DNA from: Chloroflexota bacterium
GTDB lineage: Bacteria; Chloroflexota; Limnocylindria; Limnocylindrales; CSP1-4
Reading direction: 5' to 3'
DNA length: 36,181 nt
Assembly: GCA_040899885.1 (NCBI GenBank)
Contig: JBBDZZ010000040.1
Coordinates: forward strand, 1-36,181
Shown: piece after piece, positions 16,343 to 25,811 of the stretch
Position numbering within the stretch: position 1 is the first letter of the stretch
Layout of the letters: each line of letters begins with the position of its first letter
Made by a program: the position numbers and the translations under genes
The notes under the pieces: model-generated
Databases searched by the model: none
What the model was told of the DNA's origin: nothing
What the model saw: only the letters and a program-made list of their open reading frames with translations

Positions 16343-16952
16343 TCGAAGCTCGAGTGCCGCGGGGAGACTGCTGCCCGACGGCGCGCATCGCGGCTCGGCC
16401 GCTCGACCGCTCCGTCGCGGTGCTCGCGATTCGGGTGGCGTCCTCGGCAGCGGGCAGGGCGTGGACCGCCGCCTCACGCCGTTCGAAGTCCTTGCCGCAC
16501 CAGGCGCACAGCGACCAGTCGAGTCCAACGAGCCGGCTGCAGTTGGGGCAGACGCGGTTGAGCCGCGTCCGGCAGGTGGGGCAGATGATCCACTCGTCGC
16601 TGATCCGTCGCGCGCAGGTTGGGCAGCTCCTGATCGCCTCGACCTCGGCGAGGAGTGCCTCCTCGGCCAGGTTGCGCTCATAGACCTCGCCAATCTTCTC
16701 CTGCGGCCGGATGATCCGATAAACGAACACCGCCAGGGGGAAGAAGATCGGGGTGAAGACGATGATGAAGGCGGCCGCGAGGTACGGCAGGATCGGGTTC
16801 TCTGTCCGCAGCTGCATATCGCGGAAGGCCCAGTACGCGGCCGCGAGCCAGAGAATGACGAAGTAGATCGCGATCGCCTGAATGCCGGTCTTGACGATCG
16901 GGTTATCGAAGATGCCGGCGATCGTCTTGCCGATCTCGTCGAAGATGTCCAT
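16287..16952 (-). CDS. Membrane protein with two N-terminal TM helices and a C-terminal double zinc ribbon
   Basis: 221 aa. TM helices are IQAIAIYFVILWLAAAYWAF and ILPYLAAAFIIVFTPIFFPLAVFVY, followed by CPTCARRISDEWIICPTCRTRLNRVCPNCSRLVGLDWSLCAWCG (four CxxC pairs). The TM pair resembles the short PLDc_N-type two-helix module (weak call). Confidence 0.75.
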   Translation of the reverse strand: MDIFDEIGKTIAGIFDNPIVKTGIQAIAIYFVILWLAAAYWAFRDMQLRTENPILPYLAAAFIIVFTPIFFPLAVFVYRIIRPQEKIGEVYERNLAEEALLAEVEAIRSCPTCARRISDEWIICPTCRTRLNRVCPNCSRLVGLDWSLCAWCGKDFERREAAVHALPAAEDATRIASTATERSSGRAAMRAVGQQSPRGTRASTESSGEWRRGAPPSTSES

Positions 16953-17058
16953 GCGCCTGGGTGCGCGCCTCCATGCCGTGGAGCCGACCTTGCCGTGAGA
17001 CTCGCCCCCGCGCCGACGGCGACCGGGGAAGTGTAGCAGCGCGAGATGCCGTCCAGCC

Positions 17059-17078
17059 CGGCCAGACCAGGCTGGCCG
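17059..17078 (-). terminator. Candidate stem-loop 10 nt downstream of the 17088..18479 stop
   Basis: The minus strand reads cggccag-cctggt-ctggccg: a perfect 7-bp GC-rich stem with a 6-nt loop and no U-tract. It may be an attenuator or processing site rather than a full terminator. Confidence 0.3.
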
Positions 17079-17087
17079 CGCTCGGGG

Positions 17088-18479
17088 TCAGACGGGGGGA
17101 GCGTCCTCGACGTGACGCTGGGGTCGCACCGCGAGCAGCCCGCCGATGATCAGGAGCATTGCAGCGGCAGCCTCGGCGAGGGTGCCGATCGCGCTGACCC
17201 CATCGAGGAGATACGGCCACACGATTCCGAGGAGCAGCCCGCCGAGCACGAGGCCGGCGACGCCGGTCCGAAGCCAGCCCGGAACGCGGTTCGGGAGGAT
17301 CGCCAGGGCGAGCGCCACGACCGTGAAGAGGAGCAACAGCACGCGCGACGAGCTTGCGAGTCCCCATGTGTCGAGGTAACCGAAGCCGCCTTGGCCCGGG
17401 ATCATCCTCGACCAGGGCAGCAGGAACCCGGCGATCGCCACGGCGGAGCCGGCAGCGATCAGCCAGCCTGGGAGTGACTTGGGTGTGTCGAACTGAAGGT
17501 CGCCGAGGATGGAGGCAGCTCCGGCTCGCGGCTTCGAAGCCGTCTCGACGACGGGCACAATCGGGGATGGAACTGTCTCACCTGCGCGAGGAGCGGACGG
17601 CGTCGACACACGAGCCGATCCCGGCTGCACCAGGTGCCCGCGGGGAAGGCCCGAGTCGCGCGCGCTGAATGCCCCGGAGGGCGGGAGATACGCGCCGGGC
17701 GGCGGGAGATAGGCGCCGGGCGGCGGCGACCCCGCTTTCGCCCCATCCGAGGCGACCGGACCCGGGGTGGCCTGCCGGTCCACCGGCTCGCTCGATCCGG
17801 GCTCGCCGCCGGCCCAGGCCGGCAGTCGGGTACCCGTCCGGTCGGCTCCGCTCCCGTTGCCGCCCGCGTGCGGGGCGCCAAGCCGGCCGTGGATCTCATC
17901 TTTGAAGTCTTCGTCGCGGGGCCGCTGGACGCCGTCGCGCCGCCATGGCGAGGGCCCGCCCACCGCCTGCGTCTCCGACAGCACCCAATCGCCGAGGACG
18001 GGTGGCGTCAAGACAGCGGCCGGGGGGGTCGAGGCTGCTGCCGGCGGGGTCGAGACTGCGGCCGGCGGCAGCGAGGCTGCAGCCAGCGGGGCCCCTTCCA
18101 GCCTGGCCGCCAGCGTGACCGCGCCGATCTTCGATGGGGCGAGCATTTGGCGTCGCGGACCCGTGCCCGACGCGGAAGCCGAGCGCACCGGACCGGGGCC
18201 GGCTCCGGCCGCTACCGGGGTCCCTGGCTCCTCGGCCGCCGACGAGTCGTGCTGCTTTGCACGCCAGCGGCGTCGCGGGCGCGGCGCCGGAGCGTCCTCG
18301 GTCGGGGGGGCAGGCGGCTCCGGGGCGGGCATGGCGACCGGCGGGGCAGGCGGCGGGGCGACCGCACGAGCTCGACCACCGGCTACGGCGGCGAGCAGTG
18401 ATCCACAGGCCGGGCAGGACAGTCGTCCGTAGGGCAGCGTCTCGCCGCACTCCGGGCATACGACCGTTCTGGCTGCCAA
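17088..18479 (-). CDS. Zinc-ribbon protein with a long Pro/Ala-rich disordered region and a C-terminal 4-TM domain
   Basis: 463 aa. TTG start at 18479 is preceded by GGGAGGtgtccgc. N-terminus is VVCPECGETLPYGRLSCPACG. A low-complexity P/A/G region contains heptad repeats (PPAAVST x3, PPGAYLP x2). C-terminal hydrophobic segments are WLIAAGSAVAIAGFLLPW, VLLLLFTVVALALAIL, VAGLVLGGLLLGIVWPYLL and AAAAMLLIIGGLLAV. Confidence 0.7.
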   Translation of the reverse strand: MAARTVVCPECGETLPYGRLSCPACGSLLAAVAGGRARAVAPPPAPPVAMPAPEPPAPPTEDAPAPRPRRRWRAKQHDSSAAEEPGTPVAAGAGPGPVRSASASGTGPRRQMLAPSKIGAVTLAARLEGAPLAAASLPPAAVSTPPAAASTPPAAVLTPPVLGDWVLSETQAVGGPSPWRRDGVQRPRDEDFKDEIHGRLGAPHAGGNGSGADRTGTRLPAWAGGEPGSSEPVDRQATPGPVASDGAKAGSPPPGAYLPPPGAYLPPSGAFSARDSGLPRGHLVQPGSARVSTPSAPRAGETVPSPIVPVVETASKPRAGAASILGDLQFDTPKSLPGWLIAAGSAVAIAGFLLPWSRMIPGQGGFGYLDTWGLASSSRVLLLLFTVVALALAILPNRVPGWLRTGVAGLVLGGLLLGIVWPYLLDGVSAIGTLAEAAAAMLLIIGGLLAVRPQRHVEDAPPV

Positions 18480-18521
18480 GCGGACACCTCCCTGCCGCCC
18501 GCCGGAGGGGCGGGAGCGGAG

Positions 18522-19580
18522 TTACACGGTGCCAGACGATCCGGTCGACGACCACCCCCCCGGACGGGGACTACCGGAGCCGCCGATGGTCCCGACCTCG
18601 TGCTCAGCGACAGTACCGACGTCCCATCCGGAGCCGACCCGACGACGCAGCCACTCGGCGGTCCACGCGTAGCTCCTCCAGGCCACGACACCGGCGGCGA
18701 GGGCCAGGCCGCCGAGCCACAGGACGACGAACAGGACGATCGCCGCCACCGCTTCGGGGGCCAGCGCGCCACCCAGCAGCATCACCCGTGCCCAGGACCA
18801 TCCGACCCCCGCGGCCACAACCGATGGAACGAGCGTGACGAGAAGCCCGAACGTCGTCAGCACGAGGGTGGCGAGCGAGGACGGGTAGCGGACGAGATCG
18901 AGATAGCCCTCCCGGAGGCTGTGGCCGGGCGTCGCGCCACCAAGGACGAAGTGGCGGGCGGCGAGCCCGCCTGCCGCTTCCCCGATGAGCCACGTCACGA
19001 GGAGGAGGGCGACCGCATCCGGCACGGCGGCGATGACCCGGACCGCGAGCGGGCTGACCACCTCGAGCGGGTTGATGAGCTCGCGATAGCCTGCCTGGCC
19101 GATCCGGGCGGCCCCCCAGGCGAGCGCCGCTGCGAGCGGGGCGTGGGCGATCAGCCTCAACGCGAACACCTGGGCGGCGGCGCGGCGGCGCGGCGGCGGG
19201 ACGATCGAGCCGAAGCCCAGCTCCTCGTTCGCGGCCGCGTCGCGGATGAGCGCGACGTCCGCCCACCCGCCGAGGATCCCCCCCGCCACGACCCACCCGA
19301 CGGCCACAGCGGCGATCGTGGCCAGGATTGCCACGACCTGCAGCGAGACCTGGCCGAACACGAATGGGACCAGCCACGGAGCGACGACGTTTGCCACCCC
19401 GGCCGGGGTCGGCAGCACGACGATCGGCAGAAGGAACAGGACCAGGCCGCCGCGGGCGAGGAAGCCGGCGAGTGCCACAGGCCATGCTGCCGGTGCGGAG
19501 AGCGCGCCGAGCGCCCCTCCCAGCATGGCCATCGGCCAGGTGACCGAGGCGGCGCGTGCTGGATCGGGGGAGGCGGACAT
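18522..19580 (-). CDS. Polytopic integral membrane protein, unknown family
   Basis: ATG at 19580 is chosen because it does not overlap the upstream ORF that ends at 19622. The 352-aa product has roughly 7-8 hydrophobic segments (e.g. GGLVLFLLPIVVLPTPAGV, VVAILATIAAVAVGWVVAGGILGG, LATLVLTTFGLLVTLVPSVVAAGVGW, AAIVLFVVLWLGGLALAAGVVAW). No catalytic motif was recognised. Confidence 0.65.
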   Translation of the reverse strand: MSASPDPARAASVTWPMAMLGGALGALSAPAAWPVALAGFLARGGLVLFLLPIVVLPTPAGVANVVAPWLVPFVFGQVSLQVVAILATIAAVAVGWVVAGGILGGWADVALIRDAAANEELGFGSIVPPPRRRAAAQVFALRLIAHAPLAAALAWGAARIGQAGYRELINPLEVVSPLAVRVIAAVPDAVALLLVTWLIGEAAGGLAARHFVLGGATPGHSLREGYLDLVRYPSSLATLVLTTFGLLVTLVPSVVAAGVGWSWARVMLLGGALAPEAVAAIVLFVVLWLGGLALAAGVVAWRSYAWTAEWLRRRVGSGWDVGTVAEHEVGTIGGSGSPRPGGWSSTGSSGTV

Positions 19581-19621
19581 GACGGGGTGCCCGGAGTCTA
19601 GTCCGGCAGCACGGGTCCCGG

Positions 19622-20080
19622 TCAGCGCCGCCGGAGGCCCTCGACCGAGCGGCGGAACCCGGCGAGGACCATCTCGGCGAGCTCGTTTGGACGGAGCGTG
19701 GCTGCCCGGACTGGCTCCCACTTGAAGGCTGCGCGCACGGCGAGCGGGGAGCGCCAGGGCCGGCTCGGGTCATCCGGCGGGACGACCGGCGTCAGACGGA
19801 TCGCGAGCCGGCCACCCTCCTCGAGGATGAGCCCGGACAGGGAGCCGGCGAACGCCGGGCCAAGGCGGGCCAGCGGCGGTTCCGGCGGAGGCCCTGCCTC
19901 GGGGGCGATGTCGGCGAAGCTGACTACGCCGTCGTCGTCGGCGACCCACAGGACGGCCAGCCACCAGTCGTCGGGTCCGCTCGAGGGTCGGCCCAGTCCG
20001 GCGCGCAGGCGCCGGTCACCGATGCGGACCTCGTGCTCGCGAAGGAACGACGGACCAGGCGGAGGGAGTCGATCGGGCAC
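19622..20080 (-). CDS. Hypothetical soluble protein, 152 aa
   Basis: GTG-start ORF that exactly fills the gap between two co-directional genes (27 nt and 41 nt spacers). No recognisable motif. The coding call rests on position and strand context only. Confidence 0.5.
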   Translation of the reverse strand: MPDRLPPPGPSFLREHEVRIGDRRLRAGLGRPSSGPDDWWLAVLWVADDDGVVSFADIAPEAGPPPEPPLARLGPAFAGSLSGLILEEGGRLAIRLTPVVPPDDPSRPWRSPLAVRAAFKWEPVRAATLRPNELAEMVLAGFRRSVEGLRRR

Positions 20081-20107
20081 CGCGGGAGGATAGCCCCGCC
20101 GGCCGCG

Positions 20108-20647
20108 TCAGTCGGAGCGGTCTCCGGATTCGGCATCGGCCGGGCCGGGGTCTGCCGGGCGGGCGGCGTCGGCCTGGGCGCTTGGGCTGTCCTCGGCGGC
20201 ATCGGGCGCGGGCTCGGCGAGCGCGTGCGTCTGCGCCCGCTGGCTCGCCTCCTCTGCGTCGAGCGCGGCCTCGGCCGCGAGCGCGTCGGTCTGGGCGCGG
20301 AGGCTCGCCTCCTCGGCCAGGAGCTCGAGGCGGAGCATCTCCCGGCGGACCTCCAGCGGCGGCGGCGACAAGGAACCGGGCGGGTCCGGCTTTTCGGCCT
20401 CGTCGTAGTCCCCGCTGATCCACGACAGGAGGCGGTTGCGGCGTTGGGGGGTGGCGACCCGCCGCGCGCGGGAGATCGCTTCCTGATCGAGCGCCGTCAC
20501 GCCGGGCAGGCTGGCATCGGTGTCACCCGTCAGGACTGCGCCGCACGCCGGGCAGTTAGAAAGGGCAGGCGCGATCTCGGCCGAGCACCACGGGCAATGC
20601 ACAACCGTCGGCGGCTCGGTCTGGAGTTCGTCGACCATCGGCACCAC
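20108..20647 (-). CDS. Zinc-ribbon protein with coiled-coil and acidic C-terminal tail
   Basis: 179 aa: VVHCPWCSAEIAPALSNCPACG, then LEVRREMLRLELLAEEASLRAQTDALAAEAALDAEEASQRAQ (heptad-like), then an Asp/Pro/Ala-rich tail. Start is ambiguous among GTG 20647, GTG 20644 and ATG 20638. Confidence 0.65.
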   Translation of the reverse strand: MVPMVDELQTEPPTVVHCPWCSAEIAPALSNCPACGAVLTGDTDASLPGVTALDQEAISRARRVATPQRRNRLLSWISGDYDEAEKPDPPGSLSPPPLEVRREMLRLELLAEEASLRAQTDALAAEAALDAEEASQRAQTHALAEPAPDAAEDSPSAQADAARPADPGPADAESGDRSD

Positions 20648-20696
20648 TCTACTGGGGCTCTTCCGTACCGGAATAGTCCGAAGGTCACCCCCCCGG

Positions 20697-22553
20697 CTAC
20701 TCCCATTCGATCGTGGCGGGGGGCTTGGAGCTGATGTCGTACACGACCCGGTTCACGCCCGGGACCTCGTTAACGATCCGCGACGAGATCTTGCCGAGGA
20801 CGTCGTATGGCAGCTTGGCCCAGTCGGCGGTCATCCCGTCCTCGGACGTCACCGCCCGGATTGCCACGACGTTCGCGTACGTCCGCCCGTCGCCCATCAC
20901 CCCGACCGACTGGACGGGGGTGAGGATCGCAAACGACTGCCACAGGCTCCGGTAGAGGCCGGCGGCCTTGATCTCGTCGATGACGATCCAGTCCGCTTCT
21001 CGGAGCGTGTCGAGGCGCTCGGCGGTTACCTCACCGATGATCCGGATCGCGAGGCCCGGGCCGGGGAACGGTTGGCGGAGAACCATCGCCTCGGGCAGGC
21101 CAAGCTCCAGGCCGACCGTGCGGACTTCGTCCTTGAAGAGGTACCGGAGCGGCTCGATGAGCTGGAAGCGGAGGTCCGCAGGCAGGCCGCCGACGTTGTG
21201 GTGGGTCTTGATCTTCTGGGCCGCTTTTGTCTCCGAGGTGGCCGACTCGATGACGTCCGGGTAGAGCGTTCCCTGGGTCAGGAAGTCGATGCCCCCGGAA
21301 TCGCTCTTGATCCTGCCCGCCTCTTCCTCGAAGACCCGGATGAACTCGTCGCCGATGATCTTCCGCTTCCGCTCCGGGTCCTCGACACCGGCCAGCCGGG
21401 CAAGAAAGCGCTCCCGGGCGTCGACCATCACGAGCTGCATTCCGAGGCTTCGCGCGAATGTCTGGCGGAGCAGCTCCGACTCCTTCTTGCGCATCAGCCC
21501 GTGGTCGACGTAGATGCAGGTCAGCCGATCGCCGACGGCGCGATGGACGAGCGTCGCCGCCACGGCCGAGTCGACGCCGCCGGACAGCGCGCAGATGACT
21601 TTGCCGTCCGAGCCCGTGGCGGCGGCGTGGGCGTCGATGCGGGCACGGATCTCCGAGACCGTCGTCTCGATGAAGTTCGCGGCCGTCCACTCCGGTCGGG
21701 CTCCGGCGAGCCCGATGACAAAGTTGCGCAGGATGTCCCGTCCGCGGGGCGTGTGGACGACCTCCGGATGGAACTGGATGCCGTACAGGTTCCGGGACGG
21801 ATCGACGAGGCCCGCGAACGGCGACGAATCGGTCTGGGCGGTGGACCGGAAGCCTTCGGGCAGGCGAGTGATCGAATCGCCGTGGCTCATCCAGACCGGT
21901 TGATCGCGGTCCAGTCCCTCGAACAGCCCGTCGTCGTCGGTGATCCGAATGACCGCCGGGCCGTACTCGCGACGCGTCGTCGCCACCACCTCGCCACCAA
22001 GCTCGCGGGCCATAAGGTGAGCGCCGTAGCAGATGCCCAGCACGGGAAAGCGGCCACTCCAGATGGCCGGATCCGGCCGTGGCGCGTCGTCGTCGTACAC
22101 GGAGCTCGGGCCGCCGGAGAGGATGATCGCCTTCGGCCGGCGCCGCTCGATCTCGGACCAAGGCGTGTCATAGGGCAGCAGCTCCGAGTAGACGTTCAGC
22201 TCCCGGACGCGGCGGGCGATCAGCTGGGCGAACTGGCTGCCGAAGTCGAGGACGATGACGCTGTCGGGTTCGGCCGCGAGCGCGCCCGCAGCGCCACCGC
22301 CGGGCCGGTCGTCTGCGGATCTGCTGGGCGCGGGAGCCTTGAGCGCGGTCTCGAGGTAGGCCTCGACCTCCGCGTCGTCGGGGGCGAGGACGCGGTGCCC
22401 GGCGTTGGCTGCCGCGCCGTGGACGGTCTTTCCCCGGCGCTTGGGCGGCTGCTCGTGCGACCCGGGCGAGGCTGGATCCTGCGGCGGGGCGCCGGGCTCG
22501 GCCGGCGCGGAGCGATGCCCGTCCGCGGTCTCCGGATCCCTCGTCGCCGCCAC
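20697..22553 (-). CDS. guaA: GMP synthase (glutamine-hydrolysing) with an unusual ~98-aa N-terminal extension
   Basis: GATase domain: [47 protein letters not shown]-PPase P-loop: [13 protein letters not shown]-terminus: [13 protein letters not shown]. The nearest in-frame ATG/GTG/TTG upstream of the GATase domain is GTG 22553, preceded by GGGAGGctgcatcgggc. The track ORF to 22985 overlaps the upstream SRPBCC gene and is rejected. Confidence 0.93.
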   Translation of the reverse strand: MAATRDPETADGHRSAPAEPGAPPQDPASPGSHEQPPKRRGKTVHGAAANAGHRVLAPDDAEVEAYLETALKAPAPSRSADDRPGGGAAGALAAEPDSVIVLDFGSQFAQLIARRVRELNVYSELLPYDTPWSEIERRRPKAIILSGGPSSVYDDDAPRPDPAIWSGRFPVLGICYGAHLMARELGGEVVATTRREYGPAVIRITDDDGLFEGLDRDQPVWMSHGDSITRLPEGFRSTAQTDSSPFAGLVDPSRNLYGIQFHPEVVHTPRGRDILRNFVIGLAGARPEWTAANFIETTVSEIRARIDAHAAATGSDGKVICALSGGVDSAVAATLVHRAVGDRLTCIYVDHGLMRKKESELLRQTFARSLGMQLVMVDARERFLARLAGVEDPERKRKIIGDEFIRVFEEEAGRIKSDSGGIDFLTQGTLYPDVIESATSETKAAQKIKTHHNVGGLPADLRFQLIEPLRYLFKDEVRTVGLELGLPEAMVLRQPFPGPGLAIRIIGEVTAERLDTLREADWIVIDEIKAAGLYRSLWQSFAILTPVQSVGVMGDGRTYANVVAIRAVTSEDGMTADWAKLPYDVLGKISSRIVNEVPGVNRVVYDISSKPPATIEWE

Positions 22554-22621
22554 GCCCGATGCAGCCTCCCGCTCGCTTCCCTCGTGGGCACAGTCTACCT
22601 GCCGCCGGGGCGAGCGAAGTC

Positions 22622-23074
22622 TCAGCCGGCGACCGATTGGAGCCCGGTCCGCAGCCGCTCGAGGTCCGCGGCCGCCGCCTCCCTGACCTGAGGGGCGAGC
22701 ATCGACTCGAAGAACCGGTACTTGAGCGGCATGCCCAGCTTGAGCGCCCAGCGGAGGCGACACGTGGCACCTTCCGGGGCGAGGCGGGCGTCGATCTCGA
22801 TCGTGATCCCCTCGGGGTCCTTCGCCCGGAAGGCGAACCTGGCGCCCGGCTCGTAGGCCGTGACCGTGCCATCGAGCGTCGACGCCCGGCCGGCGATCTG
22901 CTGCCCGATGCGGAGCTTCGAGCCGGCGGCCAGCGGCCCGGACCCGACGTGTTCCGCGCTGACGATCCCGGACGCGACGAGCCACTCCGGATAGCGCGGG
23001 ACGTCGGCGAGTCGGGCAAAGACGTCGTCGCAGTTGCGGGCGATCATCGTCTCCAGCTCCGCGGCAATCGCCAT
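22622..23074 (-). CDS. SRPBCC (START/polyketide cyclase-dehydrase-like) family protein
   Basis: 150 aa: [19 protein letters not shown]...[32 protein letters not shown], typical SRPBCC layout. ATGA overlap with the upstream gene stop at 23074. Confidence 0.8.
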   Translation of the reverse strand: MAIAAELETMIARNCDDVFARLADVPRYPEWLVASGIVSAEHVGSGPLAAGSKLRIGQQIAGRASTLDGTVTAYEPGARFAFRAKDPEGITIEIDARLAPEGATCRLRWALKLGMPLKYRFFESMLAPQVREAAAADLERLRTGLQSVAG

Positions 23075-23406
23075 CAGCGCGCCTCTGCCGTGCCGCCGGC
23101 CGCCGCGATCGGCGTCAGGCGGAATGCGGGGCCACTGCCGAGGCGTTCGGACGGAGTGCCGTATTTCAGGATCAGCTCCCGGATCGCGCGGGACCGATCG
23201 GCGCCATCGAGCTCCACGGCCTCTGCCGAAACGGCTCGATCCCCGATTGTCACCCGGCAGCGCGGGTCGGCGACGAGATTGAGCGCCCAGTCCGCGTCCG
23301 GGTCGCCGGCGGCGACCAGCAGCGAGCCATCCGGTTCCCCGACGAACCCGACCGCGGCCCGGGCAAGGCTTCCCGTCACGCGGCCGTGGGTCTCCAGGAG
23401 CGCCAC
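23074..23406 (-). CDS. Deazaflavin (F420)-dependent nitroreductase/DDN-like split-barrel protein, N-terminally short
   Basis: 110 aa from GTG 23406: [77 protein letters not shown]. This matches the PF04075-type pattern (LLTTxGRxSG..vvaS..G....W..NL.a.P.v.v). The frame stays open upstream, but no canonical start occurs there. Confidence 0.7.
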   Translation of the reverse strand: MALLETHGRVTGSLARAAVGFVGEPDGSLLVAAGDPDADWALNLVADPRCRVTIGDRAVSAEAVELDGADRSRAIRELILKYGTPSERLGSGPAFRLTPIAAAGGTAEAR

Positions 23407-23465
23407 CTTGCCCCAGCCGGCAAGCTCATCCTCGAGCGCGTCCGAGGGCCGGCCCGGTGCGTCCG

Positions 23466-24677
23466 TCAGCGGCCTCGCTGCCAGGACTTGCCCTCCGTCT
23501 GGACGGCGGGGGCGAAGACCAGCTCGACCTGCTGCATCTCGGGAATCGTCCTGGCCCCGAGCGCGGCCATCGACTGGCGGAGGGCGCCCATGAGGTTCTC
23601 CGAGCCATCGGTCGCGTGGGCCGGGCCGGAGAGAATCCGCTCGAGGGGGCCGATCGTCCCGACCTTGATCCGCGTGCCGCGCGGCAGCACCGGCGATGGC
23701 GCGGCCATTCCCCAGTTCGTGCCGCCGCCGGGCGCTTCCGCGGCCCTGGCGACTGGCGAACCGAGCATCACGACGTCCGCGCCGGCGGCAATTGCCTTCG
23801 CGATCTCGCCGCCCCGGCAGATCCCGCCGTCGGCCACGACCGGCACGTACCTGCCCGTCTCCGCGAGGTAAGCGTCGCGCGCCCCGGCCACGTCGCTCAC
23901 GGCGGTGACCTGCGGCACGCCAATTCCGAGGACCTCGCGTGTCGTGCAGGCGGCGCCGGGCCCCACGCCGACGAACACGGCCGCGGCGCCCTGCTCCATC
24001 AGCGCGAAGGCGGCCTCGGCGTTGGTCGTGTTGCCGACCGCGACCGGGATCGGCATGAACCGGGTGAACTCGGCCAGCGACAGCGGGTCGTAGCCGGTGG
24101 CGAGGTGGCGGGCGCTGCTCACCTGCGACTGGACGAGGAACAGGTCGGCGCCGTGCTCCGCGCAGAACGGACCGAGCCGGCGAGCGGCCGCGGGCGTCGC
24201 GGCGACGGCGGCCTTCGAACCGGCGGCATGGATCTCCTCGATCCGGCGGGCAACGAGCTCCTCGCGGATCGGGGGCGCGTAGGCTTCGGCGAGGATGTCG
24301 TGGACCTCTTCGTCCCGCGCGCCGGAGATCCGGGCGAGGATCGGCGATGGGTCGTCGTACCGCGTCTGGACGCCCTCGAGATTGAGGACCGCGAGGCCCC
24401 CGAGCCGCGCGAGAGCGCCGGCGAACGGAGGGTCGACGACCGCGTCCATTGCCGCGGCGAGGACCGGGATGGCCAGCGAGATGCCGCAGAACGACTGGCC
24501 AAGGTCGACGTCCGCGGGCTCGACCGTGTTCACCCCGGGCGCGAGCGAGACATCCTCGAAGCCGTAGGTCGGACGGATTCCGTCGACCTTCGAGCGGAAG
24601 ACGCGGCGGTCGGCGGCGGAGCGGTCGCGGGCGCGCTCGCCGGTGCTCGTGGGGGAGGCCGCGGTCCGGTCGATCAA
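23466..24677 (-). CDS. guaB3: GuaB3-type IMP dehydrogenase-related protein (no CBS pair)
   Basis: [73 protein letters not shown] form a TIM-barrel IMPDH-family core without CBS insertion. Preferred start is TTG 24677, preceded by AAGGAGGcgacg. The track start GTG 24707 is the alternative. Confidence 0.88.
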   Translation of the reverse strand: MIDRTAASPTSTGERARDRSAADRRVFRSKVDGIRPTYGFEDVSLAPGVNTVEPADVDLGQSFCGISLAIPVLAAAMDAVVDPPFAGALARLGGLAVLNLEGVQTRYDDPSPILARISGARDEEVHDILAEAYAPPIREELVARRIEEIHAAGSKAAVAATPAAARRLGPFCAEHGADLFLVQSQVSSARHLATGYDPLSLAEFTRFMPIPVAVGNTTNAEAAFALMEQGAAAVFVGVGPGAACTTREVLGIGVPQVTAVSDVAGARDAYLAETGRYVPVVADGGICRGGEIAKAIAAGADVVMLGSPVARAAEAPGGGTNWGMAAPSPVLPRGTRIKVGTIGPLERILSGPAHATDGSENLMGALRQSMAALGARTIPEMQQVELVFAPAVQTEGKSWQRGR

Positions 24678-24725
24678 CGTCGCCTCCTTGGTCACGCCAT
24701 CCGGCACCGGGCCGGTTGATTCAGT

Positions 24726-25229
24726 CTACCGCGGCGGTCGGGCCAACCGCCGACCGCCGAGATCGAGCGCGAACCACCGGGCAAGATCCGGGTCGCCGGC
24801 GATTCGCTCCACGAGGTCGTACGAGTCGCGATACGGCGGCCAGACCGACAGGCGCTCCGCCTCCGCCCGATCGCACCAGCGCAGGTCGACATGCTCGCCC
24901 GAGACCTTTGGCGTCGCCCCCGGGCGGACCCGGACGGCGAAGATCACGCTGTTGACGATCGCGTCGTGCTCCTCGTCGAAGAACGAGCCGACCTGGTCGA
25001 GGTCGTAGAACGCCTCGACGTCCGGTGCGCCGAGACTCGTCTCCTCCTCCACCTCGCGAAGCGCAGCGAGCGGCACGCGTTCGTCCGGGCCGACGCCTCC
25101 GGTCACCGGCTGCCAGATGCCGGGGTAGATCCGGTCGTCCGCCCGCCGGATCAGGAGATGCTCGACGCGACCCGCGTCGCCGACCCGGAAGACGAGGCAC
25201 TCGATCAGGTCGGGGCGGACGGGGCTCAC
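24726..25229 (-). CDS. NUDIX hydrolase
   Basis: GTG 25229 forms a GTGA overlap with the upstream stop. The 167-aa product has the Nudix box GGVGPDERVPLAALREVEEETSL (Gx5Ex7REUxEExGU). The remainder of track ORF 24726..25748 is open-frame extension over the DinB gene. Confidence 0.85.
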   Translation of the reverse strand: MSPVRPDLIECLVFRVGDAGRVEHLLIRRADDRIYPGIWQPVTGGVGPDERVPLAALREVEEETSLGAPDVEAFYDLDQVGSFFDEEHDAIVNSVIFAVRVRPGATPKVSGEHVDLRWCDRAEAERLSVWPPYRDSYDLVERIAGDPDLARWFALDLGGRRLARPPR

Positions 25230-25801
25230 CCGGCACCCGCGAGGCGGTGGAGTTGCTCGAGGTGCATGACGTCGTGGACGCCCGCGAACAGGATCCACTC
25301 GCCGCACCGGAGGCGGCCGACGAGCGGATGGTCGAGTGGGCACGGATCGGTCTCGTGGCCCGCGATGGTCCGGGCCGCGCGGTCGATGAGGCGCTGCGAC
25401 TGCGCAATCTTCCGGAGGAGCTCGTCGCGGGTGGGGTCCACCGGGCCCGGCACGCCCGGTACGACCGTTGGTGGGTCGGCCGGCCAGCGGCCGCTCGCCG
25501 CCAGCGATGCCGCCAGGACAAGCCCCGACCGGGCATGGACGTCGTGGCCGATCGCCTGGGCGACGGTCCAGTCGTCCTCGCCGCCCGGCAGGCCGAACGC
25601 CGCCTCCGGCAGTGCCATCGTGATCGAGGACAGCGCATTGGCGAGGGTCGCGAGCTGAGCGCCCATCCGTTCGGCGGTGCCCTCGCCCGCCCGTCGTCGC
25701 ACCTCGCGCCGCACTGAGATGAACCGCCCGGCGTCGATTCCCCGCCACGCCGCGATGACGTCGGGTGCGCCGGGCTCCAGCGCGTCGACCCAGTCGGTCA
25801 T
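25226..25801 (-). CDS. DinB-family (DinB_2/mycothiol-transferase-like) four-helix-bundle protein
   Basis: 191 aa with spaced histidines typical of DinB metal sites (AQAIGHDVHA ... AGVHDVMHLEQL). ATG 25801 lies 10 nt after the darA stop with AGGA upstream. Confidence 0.7.
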   Translation of the reverse strand: MTDWVDALEPGAPDVIAAWRGIDAGRFISVRREVRRRAGEGTAERMGAQLATLANALSSITMALPEAAFGLPGGEDDWTVAQAIGHDVHARSGLVLAASLAASGRWPADPPTVVPGVPGPVDPTRDELLRKIAQSQRLIDRAARTIAGHETDPCPLDHPLVGRLRCGEWILFAGVHDVMHLEQLHRLAGAG

Positions 25802-25811
25802 CCGGGTCCTG

